Shown here: positions 1 through 8,962 of the stretch, piece after piece
How the letters are laid out: each line of letters begins with the position of its first letter
How positions within the stretch are numbered: position 1 is the first letter of the stretch
IMG/VR virus record: IMGVR_UViG_3300033069_001185
Coordinates: 32,001 to 96,000 of that record
Strand: one strand, 5' to 3'
Origin: a virus
Taxonomy: Duplodnaviria > Caudoviricetes
Length of the DNA stretch: 64,000 nucleotides
Made by a program: the position numbers and the translations under genes
Notes under the pieces: model-generated
Told to the model about the DNA's origin: nothing
The model's database searches: none
Seen by the model: the letters and a program-made list of their open reading frames with translations, nothing else

Positions 1-113
1 GCACCTCCGGAACCAGTAGCGATAATGAGACCGTTCTCCACCAGAATGTAGGCCCAGCCAATCGCTCCAGAAGAGCTGCCGTCGGAGCTACCATCTGCGT
101 AAATCGAAATCAA
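1..113 (-). CDS. RNase HI-like protein, N-terminal part (runs off window start)
   Basis: Manual translation from TTG at 113 (TTGA overlap with upstream stop): LISIYADGSSDGSSSGAIGWAYILV, matching the RNase H N-terminal IY.DGS...G.G(W) motif. Confidence 0.65.
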   Translation of the reverse strand, partial: MISIYADGSSDGSSSGAIGWAYILVENGLIIATGSGG

Positions 114-625
114 TTCATGTATCCAGTAGGCTTGGTCGGAGCCCTTGTGGGTTGCTTCTCTGCATCTTTTTGATATCCGGCATTTTCAAACAAGTGTCGG
201 AGTTTTCCTTGAATAGCCAAAATCTTGTCAGCCGCCCATTTTGTCTCTGACTCCGGATCGTCTTTCGAAATGGCCAGATTGGTAGAATACAGCTTGACAT
301 AGATATTGTACATTTCAGGACTGAAAAACAATGTACCGGTCTTGGCAGACTTTGACTGCAACTCATTCTTTGCCAAAATGAAGATCTCGTCAGCCACTTC
401 CAAACGGTCATGAGCAGTCAGTACGCGAAGTACCATGTCTTCCTTGTCGTCAGTGCCGTGGATCTGGTCGCGAACAATAATGGCAAAAAGATAGCGGTTA
501 TAAGTCCGCGCATCGTCGATGTCTTCAATTGATACAGATATGGTTCGGTTCATTCCAGTCCTCATTGATAAGAATTTCACAGAAAAAGACACCGTTATAG
601 TACACGATATCCCCCGGCATTCCAC
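110..625 (-). CDS. hypothetical protein (true start probably near 565)
   Basis: ORF in tightly packed minus-strand run; no motif recognised. Confidence 0.55.
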   Translation of the reverse strand: MECRGISCTITVSFSVKFLSMRTGMNRTISVSIEDIDDARTYNRYLFAIIVRDQIHGTDDKEDMVLRVLTAHDRLEVADEIFILAKNELQSKSAKTGTLFFSPEMYNIYVKLYSTNLAISKDDPESETKWAADKILAIQGKLRHLFENAGYQKDAEKQPTRAPTKPTGYMN

Positions 626-770
626 CCTCTTTCAAAATAAAACTCGTTACTTCTTGGATCGTGGTTGCATCTGAACCGCATTCAAAGATTTTGCCGTCTT
701 GGTTATTGATATACTTGACGGTCAGAACGTCTTTGCCTTCCACAATCCACTCTGCATTCGGTTTGTTCAT
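525..770 (-). CDS. hypothetical protein, probably leaderless
   Basis: 81-aa ORF whose ATG lies 7 nt downstream of a sigma70-like -10 box. Confidence 0.6.
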   Translation of the reverse strand: MNKPNAEWIVEGKDVLTVKYINNQDGKIFECGSDATTIQEVTSFILKEGGMPGDIVYYNGVFFCEILINEDWNEPNHICIN

Positions 771-777
771 GTTTCAG

Positions 778-807
778 AGACTATCAATATCTACTGACTC
801 CTGTCAA
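778..807 (-). promoter_or_regulatory. sigma70-like promoter TTGACA-N18-TAGTCT with extended TG
   Basis: Minus strand aggTTGACAggagtcagtagatatTGaTAGTCT; same architecture at 1895-1924 and 42845-42874. Confidence 0.6.
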
Positions 808-875
808 CCTGAAAAGATCGTCGAGGTTCAAATACACTTCTCACCTACGGCTTCTTTGGTGGTTAGCTTCTTCAT
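784..875 (-). pseudogene. collapsed remnant of NxDD-tail family gene
   Basis: ATG at 875 gives MKKLTTKEAVGEKCI* (compare LKKLTQEE at 44362); another frame gives VYLNLDDLFRLTGVSRY*, the family C-terminal motif. Confidence 0.55.
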
Positions 876-1612
876 TAGATATCGACAAGGACTCTTTTCC
901 AGAAGTCTTTGTTCTCATTTTCCCGTTTGTAGCCCATTGGGTTTGCTAGAACATGTGTGCCAGCATTGTCATAGTCACAGGCCGTATGGGTATGGCCATG
1001 GAGCCAGTTCTTCGGATGCTCGGTCATGCTTGTTGCACAGTTGTCATAGAAAAAACAATTCAAATTGCTTCCACGGTGCTTTGGAGCAACGCTTTTGATA
1101 AACGGAAGATGATGGCTGATTACTGTAGTCTCCGGAGTGATCTTAGGCAATAGGTCCTTCTTGAATCTTTCGTTCAATCGATAGGCAGTGGTTTGAATAT
1201 CGTCCACATGGATATAATCGGTAAATCGAGTCAGCCAGTACAGTTCGGTGTCGGGCCGAGGAAACCACAACGTACCTCCAAGAAAATGTTTGCCTTGGAC
1301 TGTTTTTTCTGTATTGTTAAGTAAATGTACGTTTTTATAACCTATTGATTCAAATGTTTTGGTCGCCAGTTCGATGCTAGTAGCATAGGATTCATGGTTG
1401 CCGAACACATATAAAACGTCTTTGTACATACCAGCAAACCGATCCATTTGCTTCTTGGCTCGTACTTGATGTTCGGCAGACCAGTTAGTAATGTCACCAG
1501 CAAGTACCAGCAAATCAACCTTTGGTTGGTGACCTAGCTTATAGAAAAACTGATCAACATCTTCGTTTAATAGGTGTTCGAAGTGCAAGTCACTACATAG
1601 ATGGATTTTCAT
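875..1612 (-). CDS. calcineurin-like metallophosphoesterase
   Basis: Motifs SDLH, AGDI, GNHE, SHH, HGHTH. Confidence 0.92.
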   Translation of the reverse strand: MKIHLCSDLHFEHLLNEDVDQFFYKLGHQPKVDLLVLAGDITNWSAEHQVRAKKQMDRFAGMYKDVLYVFGNHESYATSIELATKTFESIGYKNVHLLNNTEKTVQGKHFLGGTLWFPRPDTELYWLTRFTDYIHVDDIQTTAYRLNERFKKDLLPKITPETTVISHHLPFIKSVAPKHRGSNLNCFFYDNCATSMTEHPKNWLHGHTHTACDYDNAGTHVLANPMGYKRENENKDFWKRVLVDI

Positions 1613-1854
1613 GGTAGCGTTTGTTCCGGAGGAGCGATTTTGTTAGATTCAAGGGTCTTCACAACAGCTTCTAGTCCGATGGAATCAACAAGGCTTTCGA
1701 AATCACTCTTTGAATTCAGGAGATAAATGCAGGCGGCTTCAGGGCCTGAACGAGAAGCATCGAAAAACCCACGGGTGTAAGCTTCCGCCTCGGCTTCTGT
1801 ATCAAAACGTTCAACAGAGAAATCAGACACATGAACAATGAAAAGAACGTACAT
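1609..1854 (-). CDS. hypothetical protein
   Basis: AAGGAG RBS upstream; ATGA overlap with the next gene. Confidence 0.7.
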   Translation of the reverse strand: MYVLFIVHVSDFSVERFDTEAEAEAYTRGFFDASRSGPEAACIYLLNSKSDFESLVDSIGLEAVVKTLESNKIAPPEQTLP

Positions 1855-1894
1855 AACATTAATCTCCTTGGTAAGACAGTCTTTTAGATTGAGT

Positions 1895-1924
1895 ATGGTA
1901 TCATACTTATCAATACTGTGTCAA
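1895..1924 (-). promoter_or_regulatory. sigma70-like promoter TTGACA-N18-TACCAT with extended TG
   Basis: gagTTGACAcagtattgataagtaTGaTACCAT in the divergent intergenic gap. Confidence 0.7.
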
Positions 1925-1946
1925 CTCTTCAAAAGGAATATATCAA

Positions 1947-2327
1947 ATGAATACCAAGAGCTTTACTGTTGATGTAAAAGGATCTGTTACTGGGGAAACC
2001 TACAAAGGCTTGTTCAAGGTGAAACCTCTTTTATCACACAAAGACAAGCTTCGTCGTGACGAAATTCGCAGATCTTTGCTAGGAGAGAAAGCCACTGACG
2101 CCAGCGAGAATGCGCAAACTATGGCCAGCATTTTTAGCAAAATCTACATCCACGTTATAGACGCACCGTCATGGTGGACCAATGCAGATAACGGTTCAGA
2201 CCTATTAGACGAAGAACCTGTACAACAGGTATTGACCGAAATCCTGAAAATTGAATCAGATCAGATTGAATCAGTCAAGAAACAGGGCGAAGAAGCCAAA
2301 AAGGTCTTAGCTACCGAAGAGAAGTAA
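1947..2327 (+). CDS. putative tail assembly chaperone (gpG-like)
   Basis: AAGGA RBS; small protein two genes before the tape measure; APSWW motif. Confidence 0.6.
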   Translation: MNTKSFTVDVKGSVTGETYKGLFKVKPLLSHKDKLRRDEIRRSLLGEKATDASENAQTMASIFSKIYIHVIDAPSWWTNADNGSDLLDEEPVQQVLTEILKIESDQIESVKKQGEEAKKVLATEEK

Positions 2328-2329
2328 AC

Positions 2330-2836
2330 GTGAATTACTACGAAGCCCTCAGACTGAGGGCTATGCGGTCCGTTTTGAAGCCGGACTCAGACTATCAAAT
2401 CCGTAATGTACTTCGATGGTATAGCAAAACATACCATACTCCCCTACATTTTGTCGAAACTCTACCATTAGAGGTCATTTTTACGGCCTTCTATGAAGAA
2501 CAATACGAGAAAATGTCTGAGGAAGACCGTGAAGCTGAATTGCAAGCTTTGCTAGAAACCGACGAACAAAGAATCGCCAGAGAGAAGCGAAAAGACGAGG
2601 AAGAGGCTTCTGAGTATGAGTTCTTCAACCTGACAGCCAAAGCTTCCGCCGAAAAGAAATCCCCAGCAAAAGACGTTATATCAAAAATTCCGGATAGGTT
2701 TGACCAACTATCACAGTCTCTCAAAGACTTCAATGATAAACTAGAGGCTTTAGATCCCAAACCTCCTCCAGAGATTGATATGAAGTTCGTTTCCGAGTCG
2801 GAATTCGAAGATTTACTCAAGGGGAAGCCAGAGTAA
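2330..2836 (+). CDS. putative second tail chaperone (gpT-like)
   Basis: Acidic helical protein directly before the tape measure; RWYSKTYHTPL motif. Confidence 0.5.
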   Translation: MNYYEALRLRAMRSVLKPDSDYQIRNVLRWYSKTYHTPLHFVETLPLEVIFTAFYEEQYEKMSEEDREAELQALLETDEQRIAREKRKDEEEASEYEFFNLTAKASAEKKSPAKDVISKIPDRFDQLSQSLKDFNDKLEALDPKPPPEIDMKFVSESEFEDLLKGKPE

Positions 2837-2866
2837 TCTCTATATCAATACCCCCACACTTAGTCG

Positions 2867-5329
2867 GTGCCTATGTCAGACGAGAATGGCAAAACAATTA
2901 AATTCAAATTCGAGATTGATCAACAATCGTTCAATTCCGTCAAGCAGGCCATTGAGTCGCTAGGACAGAGTTTTAGCAAAATCAATGCCGCTGCTGGTGG
3001 ATTGATGGGTGGTGGTGGGCTTGCCAATATCTCTGTTGGCGGACAAAGCCCCGGAAAACAACAATTAGTGCAAGCTGCGGCTGCCAAGACCCAAGGATCT
3101 TCACAGGTCTCTGGTCCAAGCATGACTAAAGTCATTCTGGACAACGCCTCAGCCTTCAAGAAATTCGCTGCCGAGGGTAAAGAATCTTCAAAGATAATGA
3201 CTGACGCTTTGAAGCGTGACTTGACAGAACAGGAACGTTCATTAGATGAGCTGCAACTCAAACTGAAAAACCTTTCTGAGGAATATCAGGCAGCTACGAA
3301 AGCCCAAAAGGACTTTCTCAATGCCGGAAAGACCGGACAAGCTGCGGCCATGGGTGCCCACGCTACTAACATTTCCAACCAAATCTCCGCAACCTCAGGC
3401 CAAGTCCTCCAGACCAATAATCAACTAGCAAACGCCCAACAGCTTATTGGTGGTGGTTTCGGCGGTTTCATGCAGGCGGTGGGTTACGGTGGCTCTGGCT
3501 TTGGTGGCGGATATTTGGGAGCCCTAAGAGGTCTTGGCACTTCCGCTGCCGGTGCCTTTATGGTTGCCAATTTTGCAGCAGATCAAAGTCTTGCCGGGGA
3601 ACGGTCAATCAATACTGCCGGTGCTCAAAGGGGGGACCTGATTCGTAATTCCATGCGCAAGCTGGTTGCTGGGGATTACAAAGATCTTTTCTTCGCAGAC
3701 GGCGATCCCGAATTCAAAAAGCTTTTCAAGAAAGAAGCAACGAAAGGCGTCGATTACGCTAAGGAAATCAGCCTCAAAAATGCGGTACTGTCTGCCATAG
3801 CGCCTCCGTTGGCGTTAGGTGGTTTGGCGGGACAGTTTAAAGAGAGTTATGATAGTGGAAACCTAGCGAGAGACTTCAAGGGATTGGGTCGAGGCCTAGG
3901 TCAGCTTGCGGGTGAAGTGCCGATCTTGGGATCTCTTTTACGGGCTGGCGGTATTGTTGGGCCAGACGTAGGCGGTGGAGCTTTTGGAGGATTTACGACG
4001 GCTGCTCAGGCGGATGCACAAACCGCTCAGGCACAGGCAACTATCGATAATAATAGAAGAGCACAAGTTCTGGCGGAAATGTCAATAGACAAGTATCAAG
4101 GGCAAAGGGGCCTTTCGATGCAGGCGCAAAGAATCATGGGAATGTCTGGGTTTGGACTAGACAAACACGGTATGCCAATCAACAGCGTCGCAAGGCTGGA
4201 CGACAAGCTCATGGCTCAGGGCTATAATACGTCCGAATTAATATCTGCAACCTCTCAACTGATTGGCGGTGGTGGCCGAAAATTTGCTAGCCAAAACGCT
4301 TATCAATTAATGGCAGCGGCTGCCAGCGGGCTCGGTGGTTTCGGAGAACTTCTAGGCTCAAGCGCCCGTTCCGGAGCCGGGACTAGTCTTGCTTATGGGG
4401 CTCTTGGTGGTAAAATAGGAGATCAGGCAGGCGTAGCATTAGGTAGCGCGATCGCTCAAGGTGGTTTTGATCCCAGAGGTACGACAAGTGGTCTTGGAGT
4501 TCTCGCCGCAGTCCAGTCTGGGTTCTCTTTCGACGGACAGGCTACCGATTTCAATCAAGTACAGAGAATTCAGCAAGGATTAAGGGTTGGAGACGCCATA
4601 ACTGGTGGATCTCTCGACGGATATCAAAGAGGCAGAAACGTTGTAGGTGCCCAGCGCGTTCTGGGAGGAGGAGCTTCTACCTACGCCATTGACTATCTAG
4701 CAAATGGTATGACGATGAAGCAACGACTCGACGCTTCTCGTGGAGAGTTGACGAATTCAGCAAAAGCTATCGGCCTAACGTCAGACCAAATCAAAGCGGC
4801 GACTTCAGATCAATTAGGCTCGGTTCTAGATAGGTTTTTTGTTCAGAACACAAATGACCCGGCATCCAGAGCGGTAGCCAAATTCAGGGCCTCCGGGAAA
4901 AGCCTAGACGAATTTGTAAAAGGAGCTAATTCCGAAGATAAGTCGGCGCTTATGGGGGCCTACAATTTTGCCATGGGAGGTAAAGAAGAAGAAGGAGTTG
5001 CCGGTCTGTTCGGTCTAGCCGAGGGGTTTGGAGCCAAGGATTTTAAAAAGGGCGGTGTGGGTAGAAAACTCACCGGCCTAGAAGCGGACGATGCCCAAGC
5101 TCAAGCAGAGAAGCAAAAACGTATAACGGCGGAAATGGAACGTAATTTTGGGAAATTGAGTGAAAAGGTAGCTGCATCTACTGGATCTTTTGATAAGCTC
5201 AATACATTCTCTGAAAACTTAGGGGCAAGCGCCGAAGATTTTATAAAAGCAATGAAAGACACAACTACCGTAATGAAGACATTTGTAGATAAGGTCGGCG
5301 CTCAGGTAGGGTTCAAGAGGACGCCATAA
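2867..5329 (+). CDS. tail tape measure protein
   Basis: 820 aa, Ala/Gly/Gln-rich helical with coiled coils; lies between chaperones and baseplate genes. Confidence 0.75.
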   Translation: MPMSDENGKTIKFKFEIDQQSFNSVKQAIESLGQSFSKINAAAGGLMGGGGLANISVGGQSPGKQQLVQAAAAKTQGSSQVSGPSMTKVILDNASAFKKFAAEGKESSKIMTDALKRDLTEQERSLDELQLKLKNLSEEYQAATKAQKDFLNAGKTGQAAAMGAHATNISNQISATSGQVLQTNNQLANAQQLIGGGFGGFMQAVGYGGSGFGGGYLGALRGLGTSAAGAFMVANFAADQSLAGERSINTAGAQRGDLIRNSMRKLVAGDYKDLFFADGDPEFKKLFKKEATKGVDYAKEISLKNAVLSAIAPPLALGGLAGQFKESYDSGNLARDFKGLGRGLGQLAGEVPILGSLLRAGGIVGPDVGGGAFGGFTTAAQADAQTAQAQATIDNNRRAQVLAEMSIDKYQGQRGLSMQAQRIMGMSGFGLDKHGMPINSVARLDDKLMAQGYNTSELISATSQLIGGGGRKFASQNAYQLMAAAASGLGGFGELLGSSARSGAGTSLAYGALGGKIGDQAGVALGSAIAQGGFDPRGTTSGLGVLAAVQSGFSFDGQATDFNQVQRIQQGLRVGDAITGGSLDGYQRGRNVVGAQRVLGGGASTYAIDYLANGMTMKQRLDASRGELTNSAKAIGLTSDQIKAATSDQLGSVLDRFFVQNTNDPASRAVAKFRASGKSLDEFVKGANSEDKSALMGAYNFAMGGKEEEGVAGLFGLAEGFGAKDFKKGGVGRKLTGLEADDAQAQAEKQKRITAEMERNFGKLSEKVAASTGSFDKLNTFSENLGASAEDFIKAMKDTTTVMKTFVDKVGAQVGFKRTP

Positions 5330-5331
5330 AA

Positions 5332-7269
5332 ATGACAAACTCATTTAACGTTCTTAACGATTTCAAAGGTGGAACGGACAGCTATGTCTCTACCAGTCCG
5401 TTCTGGATTGTCGCCATCTATCGATTAAGAAACCCAAATACATTTAATCGTAAATGGAAATCCGGCGTAGGTTCCATCCCGGACGGTGTAGACATTTTCA
5501 GCAAGCCTTTGATATTATCAGACAGTTGTCCCCAAATATCAATATCTTCAACCAAATCCAGACCGATCACTTCCTTACAGGGATTGCTATATCCTACAGA
5601 AGACTTTCTAAAGAAAATCTTCCCCGGCGATTACGCATTTGCTTGGATGATGAATAACAAAGAAACATATGATTCCGTACTTGAAAGATTGAATAGAAAT
5701 GAGGCTTGTAATTTTTTTACAGACGGGTTTAAATTTTTTGGCAAAATTGAAAGCATTCGGAAGCAAATTGTACAAAATCCAGAAGGACACAAAATGTCCC
5801 GGTACTCATTCAACGCTACCGGGTTCTCCGAATTTGACAATACACTTTTCTACGACCCATATCTAGCAGAAAAGACTCCAGAATTGGGGACATATTTTGG
5901 CAAACTAGGTACAGAGTTAAACTCTATCATTGCCAACAACGGCCTCGGCATAAGCGTAACTCGGGCCATTCCCGTTCTGGTCGATCTTCTCATGGGCAGC
6001 GGAGTTCCGTCGAATCTGGCCAGAGGCAATACAGATCCCGCGCTACGTTCTACTGCTGGCTTGGAAGGCGAATATTCATATATCCTGCCAAAGTCTATTG
6101 GGGCAGTTATGGGCAAGACTCTCAGCTCCAAGAACGGGGGCGTCATGGCATATGCAGACCTTCTTGAAATGATCTATGGAATCCAAAAATATTCCGACTC
6201 ACAAATAATCAGCATAGACCTAGACGAAATCGGCTTGGCAGCAAATGGGAAAAAATCCCAAAACCTTTATCGAGAGAAACATCTAGGAAGGCCGTTCACT
6301 CCAGACGGCACCGGAGATGAGTCAAGCCGCAGGTTCACTGGTATTGAAATGCTTGGAACGTTTACTCCAGATAATCCACAATTTTTCAATACCAGTATCT
6401 GGAATATCTTAAGACAGTATCTCAATCCTGTCGTGAATGAAATGTACGTCACATTACGGGTTAATAATTCTGGACGTGTAGTCCCTACGCTAGTCCTAAG
6501 ACAACACCCATATACCACAAACAGATATACCGGGGATCTGGAAGTTACCAAATTCGACAATCTACCTCGTTGGATCATACCTGATGTTTTGATAAAATCG
6601 ATAGATCTCGGTAGAAGTGACGCATTGCGTGTGAATTTTGTCCATACATACGGTTCGAATCAGGCCAATGGTTCTCGTGGCATGTCTGAACAAATAGTCC
6701 AGAACCCACCAGTAAGGGACGATATTGATATAGCAAGAAGCGGTTTCAGGCCTTACATGCAATCCGTCCCTTGCTCAATAAGCGATACCCGCAGTAGTTC
6801 TAATGGTAGGGGCCAGCCAGCCAAGTGGATGGAAATCCTATCCGACTTCACGATGGGGCAGCACTTGACGCTTACTGGCAGTATCAATACAGTTGGAATA
6901 CAATCCCCTATATGCATAGGAGACAACATTGAGTACGATGGGGCATTGTTCCATATTGAATCTGTTACTCATACATGCTCTGAATCTTCAGACGGGAAAA
7001 AGGATTTCTCTACGACTCTACAACTGAGCCACGGAGTAAGCGCCTCTATACCAAACAACGACTTTCAGATCTATGCAAATGTTGAAGGCACTCCGTCATT
7101 AACTACCAACGACCCCGCCGTAAACACTGACGGCTTTAGCGCAAGCGAAGATACGGAGACTTATGGTACATTAATCGAGCCTGTTCAAACAGACTTTTCG
7201 GTTGACGCAGAGCCGCCCGCTGAGGATAAAAGGTTGGGTAATAGCCGTAAGTTCCCGGAGTTTAAATAA
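5332..7269 (+). CDS. baseplate hub protein (gp27/gpD-like)
   Basis: Follows the tape measure; C-terminal GIQSPICIGDNIEY...FHIESVTH...STTLQLSHG is typical of a hub. Confidence 0.65.
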   Translation: MTNSFNVLNDFKGGTDSYVSTSPFWIVAIYRLRNPNTFNRKWKSGVGSIPDGVDIFSKPLILSDSCPQISISSTKSRPITSLQGLLYPTEDFLKKIFPGDYAFAWMMNNKETYDSVLERLNRNEACNFFTDGFKFFGKIESIRKQIVQNPEGHKMSRYSFNATGFSEFDNTLFYDPYLAEKTPELGTYFGKLGTELNSIIANNGLGISVTRAIPVLVDLLMGSGVPSNLARGNTDPALRSTAGLEGEYSYILPKSIGAVMGKTLSSKNGGVMAYADLLEMIYGIQKYSDSQIISIDLDEIGLAANGKKSQNLYREKHLGRPFTPDGTGDESSRRFTGIEMLGTFTPDNPQFFNTSIWNILRQYLNPVVNEMYVTLRVNNSGRVVPTLVLRQHPYTTNRYTGDLEVTKFDNLPRWIIPDVLIKSIDLGRSDALRVNFVHTYGSNQANGSRGMSEQIVQNPPVRDDIDIARSGFRPYMQSVPCSISDTRSSSNGRGQPAKWMEILSDFTMGQHLTLTGSINTVGIQSPICIGDNIEYDGALFHIESVTHTCSESSDGKKDFSTTLQLSHGVSASIPNNDFQIYANVEGTPSLTTNDPAVNTDGFSASEDTETYGTLIEPVQTDFSVDAEPPAEDKRLGNSRKFPEFK

Positions 7270-7271
7270 AA

Positions 7272-8345
7272 ATGGCAAATATTCTTCCAGATGGCACCGT
7301 AGTGCCAAGCTATTTTTCGACAGAGCCCAAAGGTACTTATCGGCCAAATCAAAACCAGAACAATGTTCCGTTGCGGGTTGGTGAAGTTAGAAGCATCGTG
7401 TATCCATCAGATCCTTTGTCTGTATCAAAAAGATACGTGGAATATACAGTGGCCGTATTCCATCAAGAAGGAGACTCTCCTGTCACTACCACTATGTATA
7501 ATGGATGTACAGTCACAAATCTGTTTGGCGGGTTTGCTGACGAACTGTCTTACACCCTTCGTTCAGACAATCAGCCTGCTGAGGGAGTCGGCGTAGGATC
7601 TAAAGTATTGATACTATGCGTTAATGGAACAACCTCCGATGCTTTCATTGTCGGGGGAATACGTGATGTTAATACAGGACGAGATAACGACCTAGATCAC
7701 CAAAGCGAAGGCCACAACCTTTTCTTTGAATTCAATGGCATACAGTTTGCTATCAATAATGATGGCGAAATGAAACTAACATTCCGTGGAGCAACAAAGA
7801 CCGATTCTACCCTCAGGGACGATGCAGTCCCCAGTGCTGAAGGCAGTTATATTCAAATAGATCGGCAGGGCAGTATCAAAATAGCTACGCCAAGCGAAGA
7901 CCAGTTCATAACTGTAGATCACCAGAATAGAAAGATTGAAATACAGGCCCAAAGTCAATGGAATACCGTTGTTCATGGCGAAACGAATCTAACGGCTGAC
8001 GGTTTTGTTAACATTAGATCTGCCGGTGTTCATGTTGGCGATGCTACGAATCACTGGATGCTTGGAGACACTTATAGGACTGCGGAATCTACCCTAAACA
8101 ATACTCTTGCCGGACAGGCAACGGCACTTTCAGCTTTAATGGCTACGGCTGGTTCTGCTCTTACTACTGCTACTCCGCTGAATGCTATTCCAATTATCGG
8201 TGGAGTGCTGGCTGCTGCCCCACTAGCTATCGCGGCTAGCGCACTCACGGCGGCTGCTCCGATTCACGCTTCAATCTCGGCTGCAACTTCAGCATTCGAA
8301 GCCGCTGCTCCGACCTATCTCTCTACCAAAAACCTCAACGACTAA
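7272..8345 (+). CDS. baseplate central spike (gp5/gpV-like)
   Basis: N-terminal OB-fold pattern (GEVRSIV...VGSKVLILCVNG...AFIVGG), then beta-repeats and an Ala-rich C-terminus. Confidence 0.7.
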   Translation: MANILPDGTVVPSYFSTEPKGTYRPNQNQNNVPLRVGEVRSIVYPSDPLSVSKRYVEYTVAVFHQEGDSPVTTTMYNGCTVTNLFGGFADELSYTLRSDNQPAEGVGVGSKVLILCVNGTTSDAFIVGGIRDVNTGRDNDLDHQSEGHNLFFEFNGIQFAINNDGEMKLTFRGATKTDSTLRDDAVPSAEGSYIQIDRQGSIKIATPSEDQFITVDHQNRKIEIQAQSQWNTVVHGETNLTADGFVNIRSAGVHVGDATNHWMLGDTYRTAESTLNNTLAGQATALSALMATAGSALTTATPLNAIPIIGGVLAAAPLAIAASALTAAAPIHASISAATSAFEAAAPTYLSTKNLND

Positions 8346-8352
8346 GCCCATT

Positions 8353-8952
8353 ATGCCAATCAAAGTCAGACCATCGGAACAAACGCTGCTTGATACTATA
8401 GGATCGGAGTTCAACGATATCAATAGTAATGGGCTACAGGTTCAGCCCTCGACTGCATATGCGGCTACCGTATATCCCATTTCCGGCTATGCGGCAAGTG
8501 TTCCTCCAGCTTCTGCCAATGAGACGAAAGTCAAAGACGGTGCCAAAGGTATGATGGCTTCGCTGATCAGACACACCGCCCCTCTTCTGGATTCTGGCGA
8601 AACGCTGTCTCCAAGTATCAGCTTCACTGGCACTGCGACTAATCTTCTCGTCAAGGTCCTGTCAGAAAGCCTTGAAGTTCAAAGAAAAGTATTGATTTCA
8701 GCCAATTTTAGTGCTGTTTCTGACTCTACCAATACTCGATTGGACTATTGGATTGATGTAAACGGCGTTTCTACCTCAGTTTACAAGTTTTTCTTCAACA
8801 ACGCCACACACCACGAGAACATTTCAGGCAGTTGGGTAGTCACACTACCTATCGGTGCGGTCACCATTACGCTTAAAGCAATTCGAGGGTCTGGTTCTGG
8901 GACTTTAAGCCTCAATTCCGATGACTTTGTAGCAATAACTCTGGCAGGATAA
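8353..8952 (+). CDS. virion structural protein
   Basis: Beta-rich C-terminal domain in the baseplate operon. Confidence 0.5.
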   Translation: MPIKVRPSEQTLLDTIGSEFNDINSNGLQVQPSTAYAATVYPISGYAASVPPASANETKVKDGAKGMMASLIRHTAPLLDSGETLSPSISFTGTATNLLVKVLSESLEVQRKVLISANFSAVSDSTNTRLDYWIDVNGVSTSVYKFFFNNATHHENISGSWVVTLPIGAVTITLKAIRGSGSGTLSLNSDDFVAITLAG

Positions 8953-8962
8953 TCTTTTTGAT

